Translations under genes and position numbers: made by a program
IMG/VR virus record: IMGVR_UViG_3300022750_000001
Span: 1 to 64,000 of that record
Origin: a virus
Direction: 5' to 3' (one strand)
DNA length: 64,000 bases
Shown: piece by piece, positions 40,501-48,387 of the stretch
How positions within the stretch are numbered: position 1 is the stretch's first letter
Layout: every line of letters starts with the position of its first letter
The notes under the pieces: model-generated
The model's database searches: none
What the model saw: only the letters and a program-made list of their open reading frames with translations
Told to the model about the DNA's origin: nothing

Positions 40501-42266
40501 AAAGACTTCAGAAGATTATTGATGACTTAGGTTCAGAGAGGGCAGCTTCAGCAGCAGTTGATAGTATACTTAATTTCATTAGATTTAAAGGTCTTGGGTT
40601 TAACATCTCATCAGGTATCAATAACTTTATCGAAGGTCAGATAGCTAACTCTATTACTGCATCTTCAGGTAACTATTTCTCCCCTGAATTTATACATACA
40701 GTATCTCCATCAGATATGATTGCAGGTGACTTGATTAAACAAGCTACTCCACAATTAGTACCTGAGGCTGTAGCTAAAGCTGAGTTCTTAGCTTCTGCTT
40801 CTGATGTATTACAGGATAATACCAATGAGTTACAGAAAGCTTCAACTAAAACTGCATTCTCTGCCCTAAGGAGATTGAATCCTTACTATATGACTGCTAA
40901 AGGTGAGCAGTATAATCAGATACCTCTTATGGTTGCCACTCTAAAAGCCGAACCTATTACTGCAATAGATGGTACTGTTTCAAATGTGTGGGATGCCCTA
41001 GAAGGAGAATATTTGCCTGACTCAAAACAATGGACTGTCAAAGTAAGAGAAGCTTTCAGAACCGAGGAAAACATCAAAGGATGGGAAAATTATGATGCCG
41101 ATAACTACTTCAACTGGAAATCTAAGATTAAATCTGTAATTGCCAATACACATGGTGACTTTTCTAATACAGGTGGTATGATGGCTAAGTCTTTCCAAGC
41201 AGGACAAGCAGCTATGATGTTTAAGACTTGGTTACCTAGAGAGTTCTATAAGAGATTTGCAGTGGAGCAAGATGATATTACTACAGGACTTAAAGGTTTC
41301 AAAGGTAGATGGAGAAGTCAGACAGCAACTACCGCAGCTATTACTGGTGGTATCATGGGTAGTTACTTTATGGGTCCAATAGGAGGTATAGCAGCAGCAT
41401 CTGTAGGTGTAGTATTAGGTAGAATGTATGGTGCTAACTCTAACTTAACTTTAGTACAAGAGTTAGCTTTAGTTAACAAGATGTTATTTAAGAAAATGAT
41501 AGGTATGCCTATTAATGTCTTAGGTAGTTTGATAGGTAGAAAACAAGTTATCAATACTCAAATATCAAACGATAGATATAAGAGTATGGGTAGTGCTACC
41601 TTTACACAACAAGACTTTAATAACTTTAGGGCTAATCTACAAGAGATGTCTATAATGCTATCATTCTTTGCTATGTTACTACTAACAAAAGCATTCCTAT
41701 GGGATGATGATGATGAGACTGAAGACCCTAGAAGAATGGCACACAACTTGTTAGCTAATAGATTTATGTCATTAGCAGGGTCAGGTATGATGTATGCTAA
41801 TGCAACTGACTTACAGAAGAATCTTAATCTACCCTTATTCAAGTTCTTAGGAGATGTAGGTAAGGTAGTAGCAGATGCATCACAAGCTATAGCAGGTAAT
41901 GATATATTAATGTCAGGTTCTAATGCAGGTGAATCTAGGACTATGAATCAGATGCAGAAAACTTTCTTACCTGGGATATTTCAAAACCCTCTTACAGGTG
42001 GATTTGCACCCCAAATGGAAAGACAATTTGTACCATCAGAATATGATAGTTATTTCTTTGGTGAGGAGAAAAGTGCTAAGAATGAGATTAAGAGAGATAA
42101 AGCCTCAAGAAAGCAAGAACTCATTGATGCAGGAGAACTTACAGATGATGAAATCAAGAAGATTATTAATAAGGAATACCCAAGAAGGGCTAAAGGTCAG
42201 ACCTATACTGAACTACTGGAACAGATAGAGGCAACTGAGAAAGAGGATGATGAAGTAGAGCAATAG
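37581..42266 (+). CDS. large internal/ejection-type virion protein with C-terminal membrane segments
   Basis: 1561 aa. Glycine-zipper segment AITGGIMGSYFMGPIGGIAAASVGVVLG (nt ~41320-41430) and a TM helix MSIMLSFFAMLLLTKAFLW (nt ~41647-41703). It is the last gene of the late arm. Confidence 0.45.
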   Translation: MAKSCGNITNNFAKTNAKNELVKVGAIDVYNNILDESLLRQQQKRFRDHAINKYGFRADFIVQDDANFSKIVFNVAAFKAVDVLNNKDTVALIDNKTQSYITQARLNQQPRFEPAFDSMFDASTAPADRSVPTQGLTRMVTLKESLLSRAKRRQVIVSTELRNSKDNVADYNRLFALKQTLDTRIASLEDEIIQLNRIDTRAPEIIAPYIVGELDRLAELTKSIDPADIKEAKDIIKFIRDIAEFDAQIIEQNPLGHPLYLKGELYDAEGNFLLTDAMIQPYKDWAEIAKQYNDKLAIQEVRLIENTFNANQKIQQMFGKQFTYSDIIGQGLKDASWIDSMVMDIAAGITSQNGLLAQVIKNTVDNNFEKHFAWAKEIEEKINNLTPQASEELKKMGYSLNGLGILGVNGVSYDLFKQIIPNTNNQSSGNIVHKYSYKWFENRSEMSNFFQKQMDNIHVLYANADDRRNAYQNAIANRNNWYAKNTKSLDPSLLSSIINDPEFASLLENFSTDTAAIEAHENELKAIVGEDHLNKVVDAQKIKLRQYLSQKEIVLQDLFAEDAVTDVANLTALGKRKLDIWEAEHNPFLGITYRTSGQPFFVGTYAYHSKFEFNEYVPNKADYYDANYAKIEANPKLKEFYDAVYEATSGMKQRFSFDVQQKISATSIPFLQKSIIEILTDKDLTFHQAISKIFREIIDKIQSMFTINKEDQFSYAKTDPNTGIPNYQVSDQFISQNLDKINEKFFINSVIVSGQIGLKKITRFTGLNQAKMDDGFIAEFTQQYLGRRLTREDLVKEFGQVIPLGKIIYRNAQHEIAKEKSFDLPKVIKLYSHLAAQYSARQEMLPLVEMMKQNYQQIKDEKTNNIGEAILNYTGLNKETGNKDGAKRLGGLRDNANKQVENWFERVVLGNFGLRKQYGVIKGTKYVDQKYLTTKERETKSQAEDAIEALVGRDENGKLNSPAGLSEESLAKYKRLQKIIDDLGSERAASAAVDSILNFIRFKGLGFNISSGINNFIEGQIANSITASSGNYFSPEFIHTVSPSDMIAGDLIKQATPQLVPEAVAKAEFLASASDVLQDNTNELQKASTKTAFSALRRLNPYYMTAKGEQYNQIPLMVATLKAEPITAIDGTVSNVWDALEGEYLPDSKQWTVKVREAFRTEENIKGWENYDADNYFNWKSKIKSVIANTHGDFSNTGGMMAKSFQAGQAAMMFKTWLPREFYKRFAVEQDDITTGLKGFKGRWRSQTATTAAITGGIMGSYFMGPIGGIAAASVGVVLGRMYGANSNLTLVQELALVNKMLFKKMIGMPINVLGSLIGRKQVINTQISNDRYKSMGSATFTQQDFNNFRANLQEMSIMLSFFAMLLLTKAFLWDDDDETEDPRRMAHNLLANRFMSLAGSGMMYANATDLQKNLNLPLFKFLGDVGKVVADASQAIAGNDILMSGSNAGESRTMNQMQKTFLPGIFQNPLTGGFAPQMERQFVPSEYDSYFFGEEKSAKNEIKRDKASRKQELIDAGELTDDEIKKIINKEYPRRAKGQTYTELLEQIEATEKEDDEVEQ

Positions 42267-42291
42267 TACCTCTTGGTAAGAGAAATTTTTT

Positions 42292-42326
42292 AGAAAGCCT
42301 GAGGTTTAATCAGGCTTTCTATTTTA
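42292..42326 (+). terminator. terminator hairpin at the convergence point of the two arms
   Basis: 11-bp perfect stem AGAAAGCCTGA (42292-42302) / TCAGGCTTTCT (42310-42320) followed by ATTTTA. It lies 25 nt after the + strand stop and 4 nt from the stop of the last minus-strand gene. The T-tract is present only for the + strand. Confidence 0.6.
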
Positions 42327-42665
42327 GTTTAATTCTCTTACTTTGTTAAACAATTTCCTTATCTGTATCTCTTGTTGTACATCTGAGATATAACCTGAAT
42401 CAAGTATATACTCTAATGTCTTCTCAATTTCTACATTAAGGGTTAAATCTAAATCAACATCAACCCAATCTTCTCTAATAGAGTCATAGTTGTTATTGAT
42501 TTCACCATCATTAAAAGCCTTGATGAATAGTGGTAAGGTTAATACTTTACCATATTGTTTAGCTAAAGGTATAAACTCATCATTAGGTAGGACATTAATA
42601 TCTTTACCTACTGGAAATCTATCATTGGGTAATACGTATATCACCAACTCTTGTTGCTTATTCAT
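42324..42665 (-). CDS. hypothetical protein
   Basis: 113-aa ATG ORF. Short internal repeat VLPNDRFP / VLPNDEFI. Acidic C-terminal half. Confidence 0.55.
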   Translation of the reverse strand: MNKQQELVIYVLPNDRFPVGKDINVLPNDEFIPLAKQYGKVLTLPLFIKAFNDGEINNNYDSIREDWVDVDLDLTLNVEIEKTLEYILDSGYISDVQQEIQIRKLFNKVRELN

Positions 42666-42798
42666 CGTCTTTATCGTTTCTATGAAAGTAAGTTTTCTTC
42701 TTCCTACAGTATTTAGAGTATGCTACTAAAGCTATTAAAAATAGAATAGAAGCTATACTTACATAATCATCTGTAGGACACATGTAAGTATAGTCCAT
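42658..42798 (-). CDS. small single-pass membrane protein (below the ORF-track cutoff)
   Basis: Hand translation of the only sizeable gap gives MDYTYMCPTDDYVSIASILFLIALVAYSKYCRKKKTYFHRNDKDDE (46 aa). ATG is at 42798-42796. Its stop overlaps the next ATG by 8 nt. One hydrophobic helix is followed by a basic stretch. Confidence 0.4.
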   Translation of the reverse strand: MDYTYMCPTDDYVSIASILFLIALVAYSKYCRKKKTYFHRNDKDDE

Positions 42799-42804
42799 TG
42801 TGTC

Positions 42805-43068
42805 TTATTTTTTACTTAGTTCAAAATCAAAGTACTTCTTGAAGTATCTCTCATAAACTGCATTACCGTTATCATTAAGATTCTTCAAGCAAAAATTTAA
42901 ACCATCTTTAGTAATAAACTTAAGATTAAGTTTTATACTGTTAAAATCTTCTAAACCTTGTTTATAAATTTTTTGGTCGGGATTAACATCAGCATCAACT
43001 ACAAACTTATTAATCCTATCAGCTAACCACTGACCTTCGGGACTGTGGTCACTAAGATTCTTTAACAT
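42805..43068 (-). CDS. hypothetical protein
   Basis: 87-aa ATG ORF, tightly packed in the co-directional array. Confidence 0.5.
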   Translation of the reverse strand: MLKNLSDHSPEGQWLADRINKFVVDADVNPDQKIYKQGLEDFNSIKLNLKFITKDGLNFCLKNLNDNGNAVYERYFKKYFDFELSKK

Positions 43069-43318
43069 TACTTAAGCTTAAAAGTTTCTCTAAATAGATA
43101 ATTACTTCATACTCACTATTAAAGCCAAGTCCTACAGCATTGTTGTTAAACTTATAACTCCAAGTGCTATTACTACCTGCCTTAAGTGATTTGTATGGAA
43201 CATAGCCTTTCTTTTGAAGTATTGCTCTTCTCTGTACAAAGTCATTGTGTCTATCAATAACCTTCTGTTGTTTGACTGGATTCATCCTACTCCAATCATG
43301 TTGATTGTAACCGTACAT
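43052..43318 (-). CDS. hypothetical protein
   Basis: 88-aa ATG ORF with a 17-nt overlap onto the downstream gene. Confidence 0.5.
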   Translation of the reverse strand: MYGYNQHDWSRMNPVKQQKVIDRHNDFVQRRAILQKKGYVPYKSLKAGSNSTWSYKFNNNAVGLGFNSEYEVIIYLEKLLSLSNVKES

Positions 43319-43319
43319 A

Positions 43320-43580
43320 TTATCTTAATTTATATAAAGTTTCATAAGCAAAACCACTTTCACCTAATATAGTACCTATATATAAACCATCATTAGGTAT
43401 ATCTTCATTATGTCTTACCCAACAAAATTTATGATTAACCTTCTCTGCTTGAGGTGAAGCTTCCATCACTAATTGCACTGAACCCTCAAAACTTACTAAA
43501 CCAACTATCTTACAATTAGCAGGTAGTAGCACTGAAAAATTTTTATCTTTAGTACTAAGTAATGAATGATATAATCTCAT
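43320..43580 (-). CDS. hypothetical protein
   Basis: 86-aa ATG ORF, small and beta-rich in appearance. Confidence 0.5.
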   Translation of the reverse strand: MRLYHSLLSTKDKNFSVLLPANCKIVGLVSFEGSVQLVMEASPQAEKVNHKFCWVRHNEDIPNDGLYIGTILGESGFAYETLYKLR

Positions 43581-43582
43581 AA

Positions 43583-44371
43583 CTATAATATTTTAAAGGA
43601 CAACCCTGCCCCAATGAAAAAATCTGTTTGTTGTACTTTGAATCCAAATCCATATCCACCTATTAGACCTATCCCTAATCTCTTAGGCTTAATGTTATTC
43701 TTTATACTAAAAGTCTTAACAACTGGGTCTTTACTATATGGATTAAGGTTAGTTACCTCTGAGAATGGTTGATACTTTCTACCGATACCAAGAAAACCAG
43801 TACCTTTAATAGGGTCTTCCCCTAGTACTAATTCATATTCATTCACAATATTGGCAGCTAAGGTACTGGAATCCCTGTTAGCGGTAATCTTTGCGTTTAT
43901 CCATCTACCTAAATTAACAACTGCTTGATATTCGGGATAAACATATATGGTATCGACTTTCTTCCCTAAGAGAGAAGAAGTATCGGGTCTAAACTCAGAC
44001 TCTTTTGGAGTTACTTTTGTGGTTGCTACAGTTTCGTTTATCTTAGTGGTAGAACCTATAATAGAAACAGACCCAGTACTACCGAGTCTGTCTTTATTCC
44101 TATCAACTACATCTTGTAATTGCCTATTAATACCTTTAAGATTCTTGATTTCAAGGAAACTCTTTGCACTACTAGCTTCAAGTCTTGCAATCTTACCAAC
44201 AGCTTGACCCTTAGCATTAGTTGTAACTTCTAAGGTGTCGGTTAAGAATACTATTTGATTATCCCTCTCTACTATAGTCTCAGTCTTTTGTTTAAGTAAC
44301 CAACCTAAAGCCCCTATTGTTATCAGTAATACTATCACTACTAGATACATTGTTTTCTCTAAAATCTTCAT
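43583..44371 (-). CDS. membrane-anchored protein with beta-rich, Gly/aromatic C-terminus
   Basis: 262 aa. N-terminal signal-anchor (MYLVVIVLLITIGALGWLL), then a helical segment. The C-terminus GIGLIGGYGFGFKVQQTDFFIGAGLSFKIL resembles outer-membrane beta-strands. Confidence 0.45.
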   Translation of the reverse strand: MKILEKTMYLVVIVLLITIGALGWLLKQKTETIVERDNQIVFLTDTLEVTTNAKGQAVGKIARLEASSAKSFLEIKNLKGINRQLQDVVDRNKDRLGSTGSVSIIGSTTKINETVATTKVTPKESEFRPDTSSLLGKKVDTIYVYPEYQAVVNLGRWINAKITANRDSSTLAANIVNEYELVLGEDPIKGTGFLGIGRKYQPFSEVTNLNPYSKDPVVKTFSIKNNIKPKRLGIGLIGGYGFGFKVQQTDFFIGAGLSFKIL

Positions 44372-44382
44372 CTTATTTAGTT

Positions 44383-44916
44383 TTAAAATCTAAATGCTCC
44401 ATCAGAACCATCTTTAGGGTCTAATACAGCACTCTCTACTATTGGTAGTAAATTTGCAGGTGAATAATTAATTGATTTTAAGCCTTTGCCATCTGTAGTT
44501 CTAAATACAATGAACTTATCTGCAACTTGCTTATAGTCAAATATGTCAGCTTCTTCAGGTGGTGTACCTTCAGGTAGTTCGGAAACATACTTAAGGATGG
44601 TAGCTTCAGCCTCTTCTTCAGTAGCACAACCTTTACTCATGTTTGAGCGTTGAACTTCGTCAGATAAAGCTTCCATAATATTTCCCATACCACAAGCTTT
44701 AACTGTTCCATTAACTACATAAAGCAAGTCAGCTAAACCATCAGCCACACCTACTAAATCTCCATCTGCCATAGCTTTTTGTAACTCATAGAGTTCTTCC
44801 TCAATCAGGTTAACTCTAAGTCTCTGACAAGCTTCAGTAGGTATTGTAGGAACATCATATTGCTCATGCTCCATCATGGTCATAAACTCACCTACTTCAT
44901 TGATTTGTTTTATCAT
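44383..44916 (-). CDS. mazG: MazG-like nucleoside triphosphate pyrophosphohydrolase
   Basis: 177 aa. All-alpha MazG signature LIEEELYELQKA ... VADGLADLLYVVNG (the EExxE ... D metal-binding helices). Confidence 0.65.
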   Translation of the reverse strand: MIKQINEVGEFMTMMEHEQYDVPTIPTEACQRLRVNLIEEELYELQKAMADGDLVGVADGLADLLYVVNGTVKACGMGNIMEALSDEVQRSNMSKGCATEEEAEATILKYVSELPEGTPPEEADIFDYKQVADKFIVFRTTDGKGLKSINYSPANLLPIVESAVLDPKDGSDGAFRF

Positions 44917-44931
44917 GTTTATAAAATTAAG

Positions 44932-45240
44932 TTAAAATATCTTTTTTAATCTTCTTTCTATGCCTGTAACTTTAGTGAGTTCTACATCTACTGTTACATA
45001 GATTAGACCATAGTATACATCAAGGCATTCTAAGACTTTTGAATACACGAAGTCTATATCTTCTTTAAAACCTGGCTCTTCCTCTAAATACTCGTACTCA
45101 ACTTGAAAGTATTCAGCTAAGTCTAAGTCTAAGTTAGCTACCATGTTGAAGTATGCTCTAAGAATTTCTATCTTAACATCATCAACATCAAAGTTAGGTC
45201 TCATATCAATATAGTCCTCCCTAGTTATTGAGAAGTTCAT
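44932..45240 (-). CDS. hypothetical acidic protein
   Basis: 102-aa ATG ORF, Asp/Glu/Tyr-rich. Confidence 0.5.
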   Translation of the reverse strand: MNFSITREDYIDMRPNFDVDDVKIEILRAYFNMVANLDLDLAEYFQVEYEYLEEEPGFKEDIDFVYSKVLECLDVYYGLIYVTVDVELTKVTGIERRLKKIF

Positions 45241-45291
45241 ACGCTTTTACATTTATTCTTTTTCTCTTAGGGGAGAAATTATTATCCTCTC

Positions 45292-45735
45292 CTAAATTAG
45301 GGTTGATGCTCTAACCAACGGTACAATACTTGCCTTAGCAATCTTATCACCATAATTTAATCGAGCAGGAAATTGAGTGCTATTATACAGTATAAGTGTA
45401 ATCTCATCCTTATAAGATGACTCTACATAGTATGGAGATACAAGCATTACTATACCTACACTAAGGGCTAAACCTGGAGCAGATACAATTTGAAGTTTAT
45501 ATTGATTAGGGAAATCTGTAAAGCTTATCCCTGTACCTAATACAACTCTTTCAAAAGGTCTAAGTGTAATATAACCATTCTCTTTAGAATGTTCCATTAC
45601 ACTTTTATCTACCTTAACTCTACCTTTATATATGTCCTTAACTGTATTAAAGAATAAATCAAAACTATCTGTAGTCTCAACTTGATATTTAGGAGTTTGG
45701 ACTCCTGCCCATGATTTTACTATTAATTCTGCCAT
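45292..45735 (-). CDS. divergent trimeric dUTPase-fold protein
   Basis: 147 aa. Recognisable but degenerate dUTPase motifs: SFDLF (motif 1-like), SAPGLALSVGI (motif 2-like), YVESSYKDEITLILYN (cf IDSDYRGEI.V.L.N) and GDKIAKA (cf GDRIAQ). The Gly-rich C-terminal motif 5 is absent. Confidence 0.5.
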   Translation of the reverse strand: MAELIVKSWAGVQTPKYQVETTDSFDLFFNTVKDIYKGRVKVDKSVMEHSKENGYITLRPFERVVLGTGISFTDFPNQYKLQIVSAPGLALSVGIVMLVSPYYVESSYKDEITLILYNSTQFPARLNYGDKIAKASIVPLVRASTLI

Positions 45736-45767
45736 TTTTACATTTTATCGGGACTCAAAGATAAAGA

Positions 45768-46850
45768 TTACTTTTTTAAACCAGTAGATAATTCTGCCTT
45801 AATTGAGGCTTGAGGATTATAATCTTGTAAGAATAAATCTTCGAACTCAAACCCATCTATGAAAGCTTCTATATCAGGTCTATTTTCAAAAGCTGCTTCA
45901 GTATTCCAATGTAATTTAGGTAAGACTGTAGGTGTTCTCTTAAGTTGCTCTTCTACTGCATCCATGTGGTTATCATAGATGTGAACATCACCAAAGGTAT
46001 GTACAAACTCCCCAGGAATCATGTTTAACAACTTAGCAAAGATATGTGTAAGTAATGCGTAACTTGCAATATTAAATGGAACACCTAATACTACATCAGC
46101 AGACCTTTGATAAAGTTGACAATCAAGGTAATACCTAGGTATATTATAATCATCCATTATCTTATGTTTTTGCTCTGTACTTGCACCTATAACCTCAAAT
46201 TCAGCTCTCATAAAGATACTAATTCTCTCATTTAGGGTTAAAGGTCTACAATTAAATTGGAACATTGCATGACACCAATATAAAGCTAAATTAGTGTCGT
46301 TTACTGGGTCTATAGCTGTAATTATATGTCTACGTGATTCAGGATTATTCTTAAGAGAGTCAAAAACATTTGTAATTTGGTCAATACTTCCTCTGTGGTC
46401 TTCATCAGGAGTTTGCCAATCTCTCCATACTCTACCATACTGATAGCCACAATCCCCATAAATGTAGTCATCTAAGTTAGAACTTGTATTACCTAACTTA
46501 GTTAACCATACATTCATTGGCATAGGATGATATTTACCGTCTTCAGGAGTTAAACCTAACTCAGAAGCTACTACCTTAGTGTAATAGTTATAAGCATCTT
46601 CATTCCAAATGTTAACACCATTTTCAACTAAATATTTAATATTAGTATCACCCCTTAAAAACCAAATAAGTTCATGTACTACACCTTTCCAATATATCTT
46701 CTTAGTTGTAAGTAAGGGAAAACCTTCACTTAAATTATGCCTAAGTTGATAGCCAAATAGTGATAAAGTTCCTGGCATACCCTCTCTTGCAGCAGGTTTG
46801 TATGTACCTTTCTCCTTTATAGTTTGGAGTAACTCTAAGTATTGTCTCAT
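45768..46850 (-). CDS. thyA: thymidylate synthase (ThyA) family enzyme, dUMP-specific type, with insertions and atypical C-terminus
   Basis: 360 aa, colinear with ThyA. Matching motifs are MRQYLELL, GTLSLFG, FPLLTTKK, HELIWFLRGDTN, catalytic Cys in LALYWCHAMFQF, CQLYQRSADVVLGVPFNIASYALL (Asn of PFN present) and GDVHIYDNH. It ends ...IKAELSTGLKK rather than the usual ...APVAI/V. Confidence 0.75.
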   Translation of the reverse strand: MRQYLELLQTIKEKGTYKPAAREGMPGTLSLFGYQLRHNLSEGFPLLTTKKIYWKGVVHELIWFLRGDTNIKYLVENGVNIWNEDAYNYYTKVVASELGLTPEDGKYHPMPMNVWLTKLGNTSSNLDDYIYGDCGYQYGRVWRDWQTPDEDHRGSIDQITNVFDSLKNNPESRRHIITAIDPVNDTNLALYWCHAMFQFNCRPLTLNERISIFMRAEFEVIGASTEQKHKIMDDYNIPRYYLDCQLYQRSADVVLGVPFNIASYALLTHIFAKLLNMIPGEFVHTFGDVHIYDNHMDAVEEQLKRTPTVLPKLHWNTEAAFENRPDIEAFIDGFEFEDLFLQDYNPQASIKAELSTGLKK

Positions 46851-47371
46851 TATTTTAAGATTTTAAATTTTTTATCTGACCATCTATACCCAAAAGCTGA
46901 CTTCTGTTTACCATGTATTACACTACTAATACCTCCATTTGTATGAGGACTAGATGCACCTACCTCTCTAAGTGCTACTTGAGCATTAGGGAAACTCTTG
47001 ATAAACATACCTGTTTTCTTATGGTATTGATATACTTCTTTACCTTGATTTGCTTTACCAAAGGGATTATTAACATAGACTACATCAGCAGTATCTAATG
47101 GATTATAGGCTATCTTATGTTGTCTCATCAGAGAATGAATATACTCAATCTTATTCCTAAGTTGTTCTTCAATCTCTGATAAGATAACAATTTTAGACAG
47201 ACATAATCTACCAAAGGCACTACCATTCATAGCTATCTCAACCCCTGCCATAGTTTCAACTACGAATTTCTTATCTCTAACACCTATGTAAGTATACTCT
47301 AGGAAGTTTAAGTCTTCATCCATATAGTATAACTTAGTTCTCTTTGGTATATATGATGCTGTGAGTGACAT
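46850..47371 (-). CDS. homing-endonuclease-type DNA-binding domain protein without recognisable nuclease motif
   Basis: 173 aa. The C-terminal half reads KEVYQYHKKTGMFIKSFPNAQVALREVG...ISSVIHGKQKSAFGYRWSDK. This matches the NUMOD/IENR-like module of GIY-YIG and HNH homing endonucleases. The N-terminal 90 aa have no GIY-YIG or HNH motif. TAATG-coupled to thyA. Confidence 0.4.
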   Translation of the reverse strand: MSLTASYIPKRTKLYYMDEDLNFLEYTYIGVRDKKFVVETMAGVEIAMNGSAFGRLCLSKIVILSEIEEQLRNKIEYIHSLMRQHKIAYNPLDTADVVYVNNPFGKANQGKEVYQYHKKTGMFIKSFPNAQVALREVGASSPHTNGGISSVIHGKQKSAFGYRWSDKKFKILK

Positions 47372-47372
47372 A

Positions 47373-47618
47373 TTACCCTGTTTTTAGATTAATTGCTGAA
47401 TTAGTTAGAAATTCAAAGAACTCATCATAATACATATTAAATATATCTTGAATTTGTTCTTTGTATATTTTACTACCCCCACCATCATCTTGCCACATAT
47501 CCTCTTCTCTATAGATACCCCAATTATGTTGTCTCTCAAATCTTTCAGGTAATTCGGCTACAAGTCTTTGATGTGCTAGTTCACTAGCTACTTCAATAGC
47601 ATTGATTACGATTTCCAT
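47373..47618 (-). CDS. hypothetical protein
   Basis: 81-aa ATG ORF, acidic and helical. Confidence 0.5.
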   Translation of the reverse strand: MEIVINAIEVASELAHQRLVAELPERFERQHNWGIYREEDMWQDDGGGSKIYKEQIQDIFNMYYDEFFEFLTNSAINLKTG

Positions 47619-48025
47619 CTTGGATTATCTTTAAGTTTTTTAAGCATCTCTCTACTGACTACAACTTGTTTCTCTCTGTGAGTTTTTTGTTTAGTAACTA
47701 CATTCTTGATTAACTTAGTCATAAACTCTATAGTGGCTCTGTCTATATTATCATTCTTAGTCCAAAAGAAACATGTTATTATATTCTCTGTTTCATTATA
47801 AGCTGAAGATATTTTAGGTATACCTATTAAAGTCTTATCAAGATTTTTAGTATAAGCTTTACGTACTATATCATCAAAATCATCCTCTACTAAGACTACA
47901 TTAACTACTTTAGGTCCTTCCTTAAGTATTGCATACTTGTTAGTCTTAATAGTAAAATCATTAGAAAATAAAGTCATAGAATGCTTATATATTATTGATT
48001 TTGGTCTTGCCGTTATCGTTATCAT
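47606..48025 (-). CDS. hypothetical protein
   Basis: 139-aa ATG ORF overlapping its neighbours by a few nt. Confidence 0.5.
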   Translation of the reverse strand: MITITARPKSIIYKHSMTLFSNDFTIKTNKYAILKEGPKVVNVVLVEDDFDDIVRKAYTKNLDKTLIGIPKISSAYNETENIITCFFWTKNDNIDRATIEFMTKLIKNVVTKQKTHREKQVVVSREMLKKLKDNPRWKS

Positions 48026-48387
48026 ACCTTAAATTGATTAATAATGTTAACACTTAAAAATATCTGTAGTTCAAAGCCTTGTTGCTTAAAGTTTAAATAC
48101 TTACCATCTGTTTTAAATACAGATAAGGGTATGATAAAACTCTCATCTGTATCTGTAATCATTAGGAATATCTCTTTAAACTTAGTTGCAGTCTTGATGA
48201 TAGTATCATTAAAACCATAGGCATTACCTGCTCTGAATAGATGTACAGATTGTTTTCTGATTATATTTAGTCTTTCTCTATCATAATCAAGGTCTCCTAT
48301 CCTCCTAGATACATTTTCTGAAACTAGTTTGATATAAATGGAGTGACCTTTCATGTAAAGCTTGTTGCCAACTCCATCTTGTACCAT
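48022..48387 (-). CDS. hypothetical protein
   Basis: 121-aa ATG ORF with ATGA-type overlap. Confidence 0.5.
   Translation of the reverse strand: MVQDGVGNKLYMKGHSIYIKLVSENVSRRIGDLDYDRERLNIIRKQSVHLFRAGNAYGFNDTIIKTATKFKEIFLMITDTDESFIIPLSVFKTDGKYLNFKQQGFELQIFLSVNIINQFKV

Noticed and set aside
45268-45294. Imperfect hairpin TTAGGGGAG / CTCTCCTAA at the dUTPase-like gene stop.
   Set aside because: It contains a G-T pair, overlaps the stop codon and has no downstream T-tract on the transcribed strand.
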